Virus record (IMG/VR): IMGVR_UViG_3300028048_000120
Location: 19,744-83,743 of that record
DNA from: a virus
Taxonomy: Duplodnaviria > Caudoviricetes
Reading direction: 5' to 3' (one strand)
Length of the DNA stretch: 64,000 nucleotides
Position numbers and translations under genes: made by a program. The notes under the pieces are model-generated. The model searched no databases. It was given only the letters and a program-made list of their open reading frames with translations, and was not told the origin of the DNA. Each line of letters starts with the position of its first letter. Within the stretch, counting starts at the first letter, position 1. Positions 9,154 to 18,112 of this stretch are shown here, piece after piece.

Positions 9154-9627
9154 ATGAATGACATTAAGAGTCTCTTGGTATGGGGTGGAGGAGCATTACT
9201 TACAATGCTCTCACCCATTAAGGATTTTATGCTGGCCGTGATGATCCTTTTTATTTTAGATTTCACGTTCGGTGTAATAGCCGACAAGTTCAATGGCGAG
9301 AAATGGGAATGGGACAAAGCAAAGAACTTTTTCAAGAATGTGTTCTACTGCTGCGTTATCATCGTATCCCTGTTCGTGATAGGCTATTTCCTGCACGAGG
9401 CAGTTGCAGCGGAATATGCGGTTAAGACATTCTGCCTAGCTGCATTCGTCATTTTCTTTACGAAGATTGTCAAGAACTGGAGGAAATGCCTAGTACCGGG
9501 TACGGAATGGTATAAGCTAGCCGACTTCCTGTATTATCTATTGAGCTTCAGTATTGTAGACCGACTAAAGGTATACAAGGATTACCAGAAGTTCAAGGAA
9601 GATAACGGAAAGGAGGAAAAGAAATGA
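9154..9627 (+). CDS. Holin
   Basis: Three hydrophobic segments and a basic C-tail, immediately upstream of the endolysin. Confidence 0.75.
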   Translation: MNDIKSLLVWGGGALLTMLSPIKDFMLAVMILFILDFTFGVIADKFNGEKWEWDKAKNFFKNVFYCCVIIVSLFVIGYFLHEAVAAEYAVKTFCLAAFVIFFTKIVKNWRKCLVPGTEWYKLADFLYYLLSFSIVDRLKVYKDYQKFKEDNGKEEKK

Positions 9628-10055
9628 ACCCAAGCAAGACCCTTATAGATCACATAAAACAGGCGGAAGGTTTCAGTGAGAAAGCATACTGGGACCAAGA
9701 CGGAGGTGTGTGGACGATTGGATACGGGCATACTAGATCTGTGAAAAGAGGAGATGTAGTATCGAAGTCGGAAGCGGAGAGGCTCATCGTATCTGACTTA
9801 AAGAATGTAACAGCGTACCTCAGCACCATAAAAGAGATAAATACCCAAGGCAAGTTTGATGCCTGTGCAGATTTCTGTTTTAATATCGGCACGGGAGCCT
9901 TTAAATCATCTACACTACTGAAGTTGATAAAAACCGGTGCTCCTGACAAGGATATACAAGCACAATTCCGCAGATGGGTGTATTCAGGAGGAAAGAAGTT
10001 ACCAGGATTAGTAACAAGAAGAGGATGGGAGGCAAAGAGATGGGCAGAACGATGA
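9624..10055 (+). CDS. Endolysin, GH24 (T4/lambda-RrrD-like) lysozyme
   Basis: AEGFSEKAYWDQDGGVWTIGYGHT (E-D-T catalytic triad pattern), FCFNIGTGAF, GLVTRR. Confidence 0.92.
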   Translation: MNPSKTLIDHIKQAEGFSEKAYWDQDGGVWTIGYGHTRSVKRGDVVSKSEAERLIVSDLKNVTAYLSTIKEINTQGKFDACADFCFNIGTGAFKSSTLLKLIKTGAPDKDIQAQFRRWVYSGGKKLPGLVTRRGWEAKRWAER

Positions 10056-10519
10056 TTGCAATAATTGTAACTGTAATGTTGTGCGGTTGCAAGACCTACG
10101 TACCTGTTGAGAGAGTGCATAACACAACAGATACACTATATATAGAAAAGCACGACACATTGCGTGTTGAGGCTAAGCATACCGAAATGAGCGACAAAGT
10201 TGCCGAACGGGAACATATACGCAGAGACAGTGTATATATGGTAGTTGATGAGGCTGGAAATGTAAAGAAGACATACGAATACCACTATCTTGGAGACAAG
10301 CAACTGGAAAGACAAATCCTTGCGCTTAGAGATAGCGTGAATTACTATAAGATGCTGAGTGAATATCTTGCGGAGAAGAATACAGATCACCAGCAAGACC
10401 GAGTGGTGGAAAAGTTATCTATATGGAGTATGTTTAAGCCATGGATGCTTATTCCACTTTTAATTACATTTATAGCAGCAGTATACCTATTAATAAGGAA
10501 TTTCATAATACATAAATAG
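10040..10519 (+). CDS. Putative unimolecular spanin (lipoprotein + C-terminal TM)
   Basis: Signal with lipobox-like VMLCGC, periplasmic helical part, C-terminal hydrophobic helix WMLIPLLITFIAAVYLLI; third gene of the lysis cassette. Confidence 0.7.
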   Translation: MGRTMIAIIVTVMLCGCKTYVPVERVHNTTDTLYIEKHDTLRVEAKHTEMSDKVAEREHIRRDSVYMVVDEAGNVKKTYEYHYLGDKQLERQILALRDSVNYYKMLSEYLAEKNTDHQQDRVVEKLSIWSMFKPWMLIPLLITFIAAVYLLIRNFIIHK

Positions 10520-10528
10520 GTTTCTTTT

Positions 10529-10557
10529 CCGGCTGTCACCGTTATTGGGGCAGCCGG
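10529..10557. terminator. Bidirectional intrinsic terminator between lysis cassette and repressor
   Basis: ccggctgtc...ggcagccgg stem followed by a T-rich run, between convergent genes. Confidence 0.75.
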
Positions 10558-10564
10558 TTTTCTT

Positions 10565-10924
10565 TTACTTTTTGGCCCTACTTGTCAAAATGTCTATAAG
10601 ATTATCTACCTGTTGTTCCTTCTTTTTATAATTCTCTTGTAGCTCTTCTAGCTTATGCTGCAACACCTGAACAACGCTTTCATCACTGCACTCGTCAGCA
10701 TCGATAAACATACTTCCTTCTCCACGCATGAGCCATTCGGCTGACAAATCAGGATATGAGGATAAAAGAGCCTCTATAAATTCATAAGATGGATTTCTTA
10801 TACCACGCATGTAGTTATTGACGGAGTTCTGAGGCAATCCAATTTTATGAGCAAGAGAAGTTTGTGAAATGTCTAATGCATGTAAAAACGCTGTAAGTCG
10901 CTGATGTACACTACTTTCCTTCAT
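10565..10924 (-). CDS. XRE/cI-like phage repressor
   Basis: ISQTSLAHKIGLPQNSVNNYMRGIRNPS HTH; SAEWLMRGEGSMF; divergent from cro-like gene. Confidence 0.85.
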   Translation of the reverse strand: MKESSVHQRLTAFLHALDISQTSLAHKIGLPQNSVNNYMRGIRNPSYEFIEALLSSYPDLSAEWLMRGEGSMFIDADECSDESVVQVLQHKLEELQENYKKKEQQVDNLIDILTSRAKK

Positions 10925-10981
10925 TTTGTTATTAATATTGTGTCTAAATAATCACGTTTGTAGAAAATAATCCCAAAATTG

Positions 10982-11013
10982 TTTGGAAGTTACTCAAAAT
11001 GTGATTATCTTTG
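10982..11013 (+). promoter_or_regulatory. Rightward (lytic) promoter: TTTG-N20-TATCTTTG
   Basis: Full Bacteroidota consensus with -33 at 10982-10985 and -7 at 11006-11013. Confidence 0.75.
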
Positions 11014-11055
11014 CACTGTGATTGATTAATTAATATTGCCTAATGTTGTTGGGCA

Positions 11056-11063
11056 CAAAGATA
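11056..11063 (-). promoter_or_regulatory. Leftward -7 element TATCTTTG (candidate repressor promoter)
   Basis: Plus-strand caaagata; points toward cI and faces the rightward promoter. Confidence 0.5.
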
Positions 11064-11089
11064 ATAAAATTTTTTAAAACAAGCAGAAG

Positions 11090-11290
11090 ATGAACGCAAA
11101 AAATGTAAACAACAAATCTCTAACACAGACAATAAGAGATCTGGAGCTTGGACAGAAGATATTCTACCCATTAGAGAGATTCAACAGTGTTCGCAGCATC
11201 TGCTGCACAATAGCATATACTTTGCGAAAGAAGTATAAAACTTCTGTAGACAGGGAGAACGGAACAATCTCTGTAACAAGAATTAAATAG
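11090..11290 (+). CDS. Cro-like small DNA-binding protein
   Basis: 66 aa, basic, first gene divergent from cI. Confidence 0.5.
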   Translation: MNAKNVNNKSLTQTIRDLELGQKIFYPLERFNSVRSICCTIAYTLRKKYKTSVDRENGTISVTRIK

Positions 11291-11296
11291 AATGCC

Positions 11297-11608
11297 ATGA
11301 CACAGCCACAGCAATTATATGTCCTAACGGGCGAACAATTGAACACATTTGTTACGGAATTAGCCGATAAGGTTACTGAACAAGTTGTAAGAAAACTTCG
11401 CCCACAGTACATGACAAGAAAAGAAGTAGCAGCCAAGCTACATGTAGTTCAATCTACAATTATCAACTGGGTGGATGCTGGTTTGATTCAAGAATACCGT
11501 ATTGCCGGTAAGGTATTGTATGATCCGGTAGAGGTGGAATCGCAGATTCGCTCAGGCAAGGTAAAAACTAAGCCAAAGAAACTGGCTGGTAAAACATTTA
11601 TAATTTGA
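11297..11608 (+). CDS. Excisionase-like HTH protein
   Basis: YMTRKEVAAKLHVVQSTIINWVDAGLIQEYRIAGKVLY (HTH_17/MerR-like pattern). Confidence 0.75.
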   Translation: MTQPQQLYVLTGEQLNTFVTELADKVTEQVVRKLRPQYMTRKEVAAKLHVVQSTIINWVDAGLIQEYRIAGKVLYDPVEVESQIRSGKVKTKPKKLAGKTFII

Positions 11609-11829
11609 AGAAGATGAAAAATATCAAGAACATATTGAAGGTAATGGCGCTAGGCGCTTTCCTTCTTGCGACATTAGGTATCATCGGTAACGATGAGCAC
11701 TATGAACAAGTGGCTTACTCTATGGGGTATGAAAAATATCAAGAGATATCTAATCAATTGAAATCTGAGAATGGCAAGATACCTACAAGAGAACAAGTAG
11801 TGGATAGGTATCTTAAGATGAATAGATAG
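11605..11829 (+). CDS. Hypothetical protein with N-terminal TM/signal (ATG probably 11614)
   Basis: Basic N-terminus plus hydrophobic stretch. Confidence 0.55.
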   Translation: MKKMKNIKNILKVMALGAFLLATLGIIGNDEHYEQVAYSMGYEKYQEISNQLKSENGKIPTREQVVDRYLKMNR

Positions 11830-12069
11830 TTAAACTTCTAAATATTACCAATTACAAGTTATATATGTTTATGGCAAGTTAGTATGTCTGTGAAGACAAA
11901 AATCTTAGAGAGTGATATTTTTGTATGATCCACTAAGGGCACAGCGGTGCCCAATTCGCCGAATGGGCACAAGGCGCCCTGATGCAAAGGTTGTCGTGAG
12001 ACAAATTTTCTATTCGCTAATTTTTCATGATATGATTTTAATTTTGCTAACTGTTGGTTTAGGTGTTAA

Positions 12070-12077
12070 TAATTTTG
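12070..12077 (+). promoter_or_regulatory. -7 element TAATTTTG (a second copy at 12039-12046)
   Basis: Tandem TAnnTTTG boxes upstream of the replication gene. Confidence 0.45.
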
Positions 12078-12304
12078 CATCAACTGGTTCGATCCCGAAT
12101 TCGGCACTAAAATAAATTAATAAAATATAAGACTAAGACAATGAAGTTTGGAAATCAAGAAAAAGAGCTAGTGTTAACAATATCTAGTTTGTACGCATCA
12201 CTCTATCAGATATGCGGTACAGATTCTACAACAGAGTTTGAATCTAAAGTTAGATCAATTCATCTGCTAAGCCTTAAATTGAATAGACTAAGGAGGAATT
12301 CTAT

Positions 12305-12943
12305 ATGAAAGGTTGGATAATTATACCAAGAGACATTCTTGATGAGAAGGTCTTCAAGAAGTCGAACGTATTCAATGTATTCATCAATTTGCTCATGAGA
12401 GCATCATGGTCAGATCATGAATATAATGGCGTGCAACTTAAAGAAGGTCAAGTAGTTACGACGCTAAATCAGATAGCAGAATGGTGCAATTTGAGTATGC
12501 AAAACGTGAGGACTGTGTTACTAACATTGAAACTAACAAACCTTTTAACCAAGGAGTCAACCCACCAAAACACAACTATAACTATCTGTAATTATGGAAG
12601 TTACAAACTTGGGGATTTGGAAACCGAACAACCTTCTAACAAACGAGCTAACAATGTTACTAACAAACATAAAAAAGAAAAGATTAATAAAGAAGAGATT
12701 ATAAAAAAGAAAATAAATAAAAGAAAAAAAGACGAAGATTCGATAACGAAACTCATAGAGCGAGAACATAATCGAGTTCTGAACAAGAGTAAAAAAGTCG
12801 AATCTGAAGTCAACAGGATAGAAGATATGATTAAGTTCGTAGAAGCAAATCCTGACTCAACGGCAGCAGGAGCGTTGAGGAATCTGAAGGCTAGCGGTAG
12901 ACTTAAGGAGCTAGGCATTAATTGGTCTGATCAAAAAAATTAA
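12305..12943 (+). CDS. Phage replication initiator / replisome organiser
   Basis: KGWIIIPR...FINLLMRA...LKEGQVVTT winged-helix N-terminus plus low-complexity basic linker. Confidence 0.7.
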   Translation: MKGWIIIPRDILDEKVFKKSNVFNVFINLLMRASWSDHEYNGVQLKEGQVVTTLNQIAEWCNLSMQNVRTVLLTLKLTNLLTKESTHQNTTITICNYGSYKLGDLETEQPSNKRANNVTNKHKKEKINKEEIIKKKINKRKKDEDSITKLIEREHNRVLNKSKKVESEVNRIEDMIKFVEANPDSTAAGALRNLKASGRLKELGINWSDQKN

Positions 12944-12968
12944 GTTAAACCAGGTAAAACAACGAATC

Positions 12969-13586
12969 ATGATATACGAAAACTTAAATAAACGCTCTGT
13001 AAGCGACCAAAACGATAGTAGTCGAGTAACTATAGCCGAGCTGAGAGAAATCCTCTCAGACGGAAAGAAAAGCGGCTCAAACAGAAAAGTACAACACGAG
13101 AGAGACCTACAGATACAATGTGTATCATGGTTCAGGATGAAATATCCCGCCTTTTCAATGTTGCTTTTCCATCCTGCTAATGAGACCTCGGAAGGAGTGA
13201 AGAAACTCCGGATGAGAGCAGCAGAGGGAGTTGTTGCAGGAGTATGTGATCTGATTCTCGCTATTCCATCGTCATGGCCTGTAGGAACAGACAGATACGA
13301 CAAATACGGCAAGGAGATCATTGATATGCTTGAATACAGATCTCTTGGTATTGAAATGAAATTCGGCAAGACCAACAATCAGTCGGCAAAGCAGAAGCTG
13401 TTTGAGCAGTATTACCAGGCAGCCGGAAACAGATACTGCGTATGTCGCAATTTTGACGACTTCAAGAATGCTGTTGACGAGTGGATGACGCACGTACCTA
13501 ACGGCATCAAGGCTGCGATAAAGTCAATATACAGCGCACCTGATGATTACAACAAACAATTGCTCATGCGCATAGCTAAAAAATAG
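12969..13586 (+). CDS. VRR-NUC domain nuclease
   Basis: ERDLQIQCVSWFR...FHPANE...GVVAGVCDLIL...IEMKFG...QSAKQK (PD-(D/E)xK). Confidence 0.85.
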   Translation: MIYENLNKRSVSDQNDSSRVTIAELREILSDGKKSGSNRKVQHERDLQIQCVSWFRMKYPAFSMLLFHPANETSEGVKKLRMRAAEGVVAGVCDLILAIPSSWPVGTDRYDKYGKEIIDMLEYRSLGIEMKFGKTNNQSAKQKLFEQYYQAAGNRYCVCRNFDDFKNAVDEWMTHVPNGIKAAIKSIYSAPDDYNKQLLMRIAKK

Positions 13587-13591
13587 ATACC

Positions 13592-13777
13592 ATGGATAAA
13601 TTTGAAAAATTTTCTTTAAGCATCATCGCCAGCCTGACTTTGTCTGTGTTGGGCATCGGAATGGCGATAGACAATTGCGATTTACGCTTCAATATTGGGT
13701 TTATGATCGGCATGATAATAGGCATCCCCAGTTTTATTTGGTTCATCGTGACGTGGAATTCTGGAAAGGAGGACTGA
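13592..13777 (+). CDS. Small two-TM hypothetical protein
   Basis: Two hydrophobic helices; operon context. Confidence 0.5.
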   Translation: MDKFEKFSLSIIASLTLSVLGIGMAIDNCDLRFNIGFMIGMIIGIPSFIWFIVTWNSGKED

Positions 13778-13780
13778 GAT

Positions 13781-14323
13781 ATGGATGCAAATGAATTCAA
13801 AAAGACGGTGTACGACATGAGATGCTACGAGAGAGCATATTTTCGTGGCAGAAACGTGAAAGCACTGAATGCCGTGAATAGATTCAGGAAGTATCTGTCG
13901 GAAGAGATTGAGCGCATAAGGAAAGTTATTCCTGCGGATAAGGAAATCACGGATAATCCCGATTATGATTTTTTCTGTGTTGTGGAAGAAATGTTGAGGC
14001 TCACAGGAAAGTATCTCTCAATGAAGAAACATGGCGGATATGACGGCATATCGATGAATGCCGTCATAAAAGATCTATCGAAAAAAGAGAAGGCCGTTGA
14101 CGGAATACTGGAGAGATGGAATAAGCAAAAGCAAAAGGAAACAGGCAAAGTGACGAAGTACAAGGTTGTGATGTCTGGAATACTTGGTACCGGATGTGTG
14201 TATGAGAGCTTCGACAGATCACTTGTAATCTCAGAATACTACTCACGTCAGCAATTTGCCGTAGATGGTACCCACTTCAATATGGCTAGCGAAGAGATCC
14301 CCCTTGAAGATCTCAAAAAATAG
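13781..14323 (+). CDS. Hypothetical protein
   Basis: 180-aa ORF in operon. Confidence 0.6.
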   Translation: MDANEFKKTVYDMRCYERAYFRGRNVKALNAVNRFRKYLSEEIERIRKVIPADKEITDNPDYDFFCVVEEMLRLTGKYLSMKKHGGYDGISMNAVIKDLSKKEKAVDGILERWNKQKQKETGKVTKYKVVMSGILGTGCVYESFDRSLVISEYYSRQQFAVDGTHFNMASEEIPLEDLKK

Positions 14324-14480
14324 CAATTATTTTCTAACCCAGATGACGACCCACCGTGGCAACGTGCAGTGAGACTCTGCAGGATTTTCTATTATTGTGT
14401 GGCGGGAATCGTAAAAATAGTGTGAGAAAGAGGTTATCAACTTCCCGTCACGCTTTAATGGAAAAACGTAAATAAAAATC

Positions 14481-15023
14481 ATGAAAAAATGGAAGATAGC
14501 AATACATAGAATGTTGTTCCCGAATCTGCATAAGAGAAGGGTTCTCTTCATGGATCTTGACGATACGCTGATAGTGACAATAAGTGGGAAAACATTTCCC
14601 GTAGATGAATATGACTGGGAATTTAAGCCTGGCATATTGGATTCCATAGTTAATTACAGACCTACATGGATACACATTGTGACTAATCAAGGAGGTATCG
14701 CAGCTGGATATATAGACGAAGAAAAGTTTTTGCAAAAGATGGGCAATATTTTGTTTCAGCTTAAGAAAGACACTTGGACAGAAGATTCTTTTGAAATGTG
14801 TACCTCTCTTGACAGGACTGACAAATTCAGAAAGCCCAATCCTGGCATGGTCAACAGATTTATTACGATACACAACCTGGCAAGTGATGAATGTCTTATG
14901 GTAGGAGATGCAAGCGGAAAGTTTGGAGACTTCTCGGATAGCGACAAGGAATGCGCCAGGAGAGCAGGAATAAAATATATGGACGTAGATGATTTTATAG
15001 AGAAATATGGGAAGAAAAATTAA
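14481..15023 (+). CDS. HAD-IIIA phosphatase (PNKP 3'-phosphatase/GmhB-like)
   Basis: FMDLDDTL (DxD), IVTNQGG, RKPNPGM, MVGD...SDSD motifs. Confidence 0.85.
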   Translation: MKKWKIAIHRMLFPNLHKRRVLFMDLDDTLIVTISGKTFPVDEYDWEFKPGILDSIVNYRPTWIHIVTNQGGIAAGYIDEEKFLQKMGNILFQLKKDTWTEDSFEMCTSLDRTDKFRKPNPGMVNRFITIHNLASDECLMVGDASGKFGDFSDSDKECARRAGIKYMDVDDFIEKYGKKN

Positions 15024-15741
15024 GTTAACGGGAGAACAGGCAAAAGAGCTTATATCAGAAGCAGCAAAGAGTTATGACAAGATTCTTGCATCAATGTACT
15101 CGATAGTATGCGTAATAAATGATGTTGCTAACTGTCTGATGGTAGACACATATGCAGAGCTTAAGAAGAGTAAGTACTATAAGCAGAGTGTGAAGAAAAA
15201 CGCAAATCTTGCCATGAATACATACAACATGTGGTGTAAAAAGAGAATCGAAGAACTCGATGATAGAGCGTGTCTATGGATGGATCTTGCCAATGCCGTA
15301 GCGGATGGTGTAAGCCCACATATCGATAGATGGAGATATGCGATGGAACTTTGTCTCCAACGTCACAAGGTAGAAGATGCTCACTTGAAGGCGATGATCA
15401 TGGTAACCTCAAGCATGCTCGAATATGCGTCTGTCTTCTATGATAGATTTATTGATGGTATGAAAAATGGAGCATTCCAGGTAAAGTTCATTAAGAAGGA
15501 GTTCCGAGAATTCAAAATAGATAATGTCTATAAGGCATGGAAAAAGGTAAAAAATGCTATCTGCATACAACCTGAAGACGATGAAATAGACCTCAACAAG
15601 GACGAGATGGTATGCTTAGGATATGATGTTGTTGATCGATATCTAACAGATGCGGATAACTTTAATATGGCAGCCGAAACGGCGATTAGTTATAACAAAG
15701 AAATTGCAGAAAAATATGAGAAGAGACATAAATATGAATAG
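15007..15741 (+). CDS. Hypothetical protein
   Basis: 244-aa helical ORF overlapping the upstream gene. Confidence 0.6.
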   Translation: MGRKIKLTGEQAKELISEAAKSYDKILASMYSIVCVINDVANCLMVDTYAELKKSKYYKQSVKKNANLAMNTYNMWCKKRIEELDDRACLWMDLANAVADGVSPHIDRWRYAMELCLQRHKVEDAHLKAMIMVTSSMLEYASVFYDRFIDGMKNGAFQVKFIKKEFREFKIDNVYKAWKKVKNAICIQPEDDEIDLNKDEMVCLGYDVVDRYLTDADNFNMAAETAISYNKEIAEKYEKRHKYE

Positions 15742-15766
15742 AGATATTTGATGGAGTAGTAAAAAG

Positions 15767-16075
15767 ATGGATAGAATTACCAGAATGAAGATGGAAAAAT
15801 ATTTTATAGACACAGAGAGCAGTAGTATAGCTACAGATATGCAGAAGGAGTTCAGAGAGGCAGTGATGAAGAGATATAATCACATTGTGACAGATAACAT
15901 CGATGCCGTATGGGATGGTGTAAAAAAGATATCTCATGAACTGAAAGAAAAATATAATACTTTGTCGGTCATTCAGACTGACGATCACATATTTTGGATG
16001 AATTGTCATATGGACAGCTTTTCGATGAGACTTATAGCGAAACAAATTAAAAGAGCAGAAAATGAAGAAATATGA
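15767..16075 (+). CDS. Hypothetical protein
   Basis: 102-aa ORF in operon. Confidence 0.5.
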   Translation: MDRITRMKMEKYFIDTESSSIATDMQKEFREAVMKRYNHIVTDNIDAVWDGVKKISHELKEKYNTLSVIQTDDHIFWMNCHMDSFSMRLIAKQIKRAENEEI

Positions 16076-16394
16076 ATTTGACAAGAACGGGGAATGTTTG
16101 AATCCTGATATTATATCATCCGAGCTACAGCAGGAAGATGGAAGTAGAGTTACATGGGAAATAGAAGTTGCTGAGGCTCCTAATGGATGGGTAGCAGGAA
16201 TGAAGTGGAGGAATAAGGGAGAATTTGATGTTTGGAGATATCCATGCTCTCTGAAAAATGATAAATATCCATCTCGCCGTAAGGCTGTGATAGTGGCAGC
16301 AAGGAAACTCCTTAAAATAAAATATCTCCCTGATCATGAATGGCTAAAGAAATTAATATTCAAAGAGAAACAATTGAATCTGTTCGATGACTGA
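16062..16394 (+). CDS. Hypothetical protein
   Basis: 110-aa ORF ending in QLNLFDD. Confidence 0.55.
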   Translation: MKKYEFDKNGECLNPDIISSELQQEDGSRVTWEIEVAEAPNGWVAGMKWRNKGEFDVWRYPCSLKNDKYPSRRKAVIVAARKLLKIKYLPDHEWLKKLIFKEKQLNLFDD

Positions 16395-16521
16395 CCGGAA
16401 GAAGCACATAGAATGTAGATATTCCGTGAATTGTATTAACGGATTATATTGTAGGAGGCTTAGCAAATATATTGAATATGGTGATATAGATTGTGCTGAG
16501 GCTGATAAAGAGAAAAAGTAA
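16387..16521 (+). CDS. Small Cys-rich protein (not in ORF track)
   Basis: 44-aa ORF MTDRKKHIECRYSVNCINGLYCRR... with four Cys; overlaps the upstream stop. Confidence 0.4.
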   Translation: MTDRKKHIECRYSVNCINGLYCRRLSKYIEYGDIDCAEADKEKK

Positions 16522-16684
16522 AATAATATTAAAGAGAATCGAATATGGAATATTTTATTTTAGGTGCTTTGCTGCTCCTTGATTTGGTCAGCATAGTTCT
16601 ATTAATTAAGAGTATGTTTAACGGTTTTAACTATTAAAAAAGAAAATTGCAGAACTATATAAGGGAAGAAAGGAGGGAAAGGAA

Positions 16685-17089
16685 ATGAATAGAATCCTAG
16701 AAAAGATTAAAAAGAGGATAGACGAAATACAGAGTGATTGCCTTGATGATCACTACAATTTCAAGAATTCTCATAATGAAGGTGTTTTTGAAGGATTATC
16801 AAAGTTGGAGTCCTATATTGAAAGTCTTGAGACAGATATTGATGTGAAAGAATGGAAAGATGCACAAGGTAAGGACCTACCAGATATTAATAGAGAAGTA
16901 ATCGCCTTGGAACAAGATAAAAACGGCTATATGAAGGTAGTATTTGCTCATAGGCCAAATCCTGATGGATGGAATGGAAAGAATATTGATACAGGTAAGG
17001 TTACACGATATTATCCTAAGACTTATGGCAAGGGTGGTTGGAATATACCTAACCTCAAGTATTGGTTAGATTATCCTCTACCAGAGTAA
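16685..17089 (+). CDS. Hypothetical protein
   Basis: 134-aa ORF; WNIPNLKYWLD C-terminal motif. Confidence 0.55.
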   Translation: MNRILEKIKKRIDEIQSDCLDDHYNFKNSHNEGVFEGLSKLESYIESLETDIDVKEWKDAQGKDLPDINREVIALEQDKNGYMKVVFAHRPNPDGWNGKNIDTGKVTRYYPKTYGKGGWNIPNLKYWLDYPLPE

Positions 17090-17112
17090 CTAAGAACTGA
17101 ATTGTTATAACT

Positions 17113-17406
17113 ATGAAGATATTACATTTAGTATTAAAGGCTCAATGGTATAATCTTATTGAACAAGGAGAAAAGAAAGAGGAATATCGTGATATTACTC
17201 CTTACTATGACAAGAGATTACGTAATGCTGATGGGAGTTTTAAGCACTACGATGCTGTCTGTTTACATTACGGTTATTCCTCAAAGACCATGACATATAA
17301 GGTCGAAGATGTATTTATTGGCGAAGGCGTTTCTTCTTGGGGAGCAGATCCAAACAAGAAATACTACGTTATTCAGTTAGGAAAGAAATTAAGGAGGAAT
17401 AAGTAA
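17113..17406 (+). CDS. ASCH/PUA-like domain protein
   Basis: LHLVLKAQWYNLIEQGEKKEEYR N-terminal ASCH signature. Confidence 0.75.
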   Translation: MKILHLVLKAQWYNLIEQGEKKEEYRDITPYYDKRLRNADGSFKHYDAVCLHYGYSSKTMTYKVEDVFIGEGVSSWGADPNKKYYVIQLGKKLRRNK

Positions 17407-17408
17407 CT

Positions 17409-17798
17409 ATGGATGAAATTAAATCATATAGTGACTTAAAACAGTCAAAGGTTCTTAGCAAGATATTATCAGATGAAAGTGCAGATATGTCTTGGGTTAG
17501 TAATGGTTTAGGCAAACCTTTTGCAAGAACAATACCAATTAAGGGAGACCCAGAAGAACTATGTGGCTGCTGGAGTCTTTCAGCATTGCTTAGTGTTTTA
17601 CCTCTTCATCTTATTGTCAATAATCAAAGGTATGCATTTAGTATGATAAAGGGTTTAGATAAAAATGGTGAAACCTATGCAATTAAATACGCTATATTTA
17701 ATACAACCTTTTATTTTCACCTAACAGATGCTTATGATAACCCAGTTGATGCTTGCTATGAAATTATATTAAAGTTAAACGAATTAAATTTGTTGTGA
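17409..17798 (+). CDS. Hypothetical protein
   Basis: WSLSALLSVLP...NPVDACYEIILKL pattern; operon context. Confidence 0.6.
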   Translation: MDEIKSYSDLKQSKVLSKILSDESADMSWVSNGLGKPFARTIPIKGDPEELCGCWSLSALLSVLPLHLIVNNQRYAFSMIKGLDKNGETYAIKYAIFNTTFYFHLTDAYDNPVDACYEIILKLNELNLL

Positions 17799-17986
17799 TT
17801 ATGAAATGGTTTATATTAATTATATGTACAATATGGATATTCTTAGGGTGTTATGCAAAACATGTCTATAAATCAAAATGTGTTCCACATAAGAGTGAAT
17901 TTGACTTTTTACTTGGAAGTATTTTTGCATCAATAGCAGACGGAATTGCATGGTATTGGTTATTTAAAGTAATAAAAATGTTGTGA
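17795..17986 (+). CDS. Small membrane protein
   Basis: Two hydrophobic segments. Confidence 0.45.
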   Translation: MIMKWFILIICTIWIFLGCYAKHVYKSKCVPHKSEFDFLLGSIFASIADGIAWYWLFKVIKML

Positions 17987-18112
17987 TTATGGAAGACCCA
18001 AATAAATATGTAGGCTCTGTCTTTGTATGGGAAGAGCAGAAAGTAAAAGAAATAATGCAAGATATTGTTAATTTTACAAAGCAAAGTGATAATAATATAA
18101 ACTGGAATAAAT

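Larger units (their letters stand above)
1..16400. mobile_element. Phage segment A: temperate-type tailed phage of Bacteroidota (tail, lysis, immunity, replication); right boundary approximate
   Basis: Tail fibre, holin-endolysin-spanin, XRE repressor divergent from cro/xis-like genes, replication initiator, VRR-NUC, and Bacteroidota TAnnTTTG promoters. GC is higher by eye than in the rest of the window. Confidence 0.8.

Noticed and set aside
11297-11608. att site or integrase linked to the excisionase-like gene
   Set aside because: No tyrosine or serine recombinase ORF and no host-gene or tRNA junction is present in the window.
12078-12110. GGTTCGATCCC T-loop-like motif suggesting a tRNA
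   Set aside because: The T-stem pairs only about 3 bp, and no acceptor, D or anticodon arms can be built upstream.
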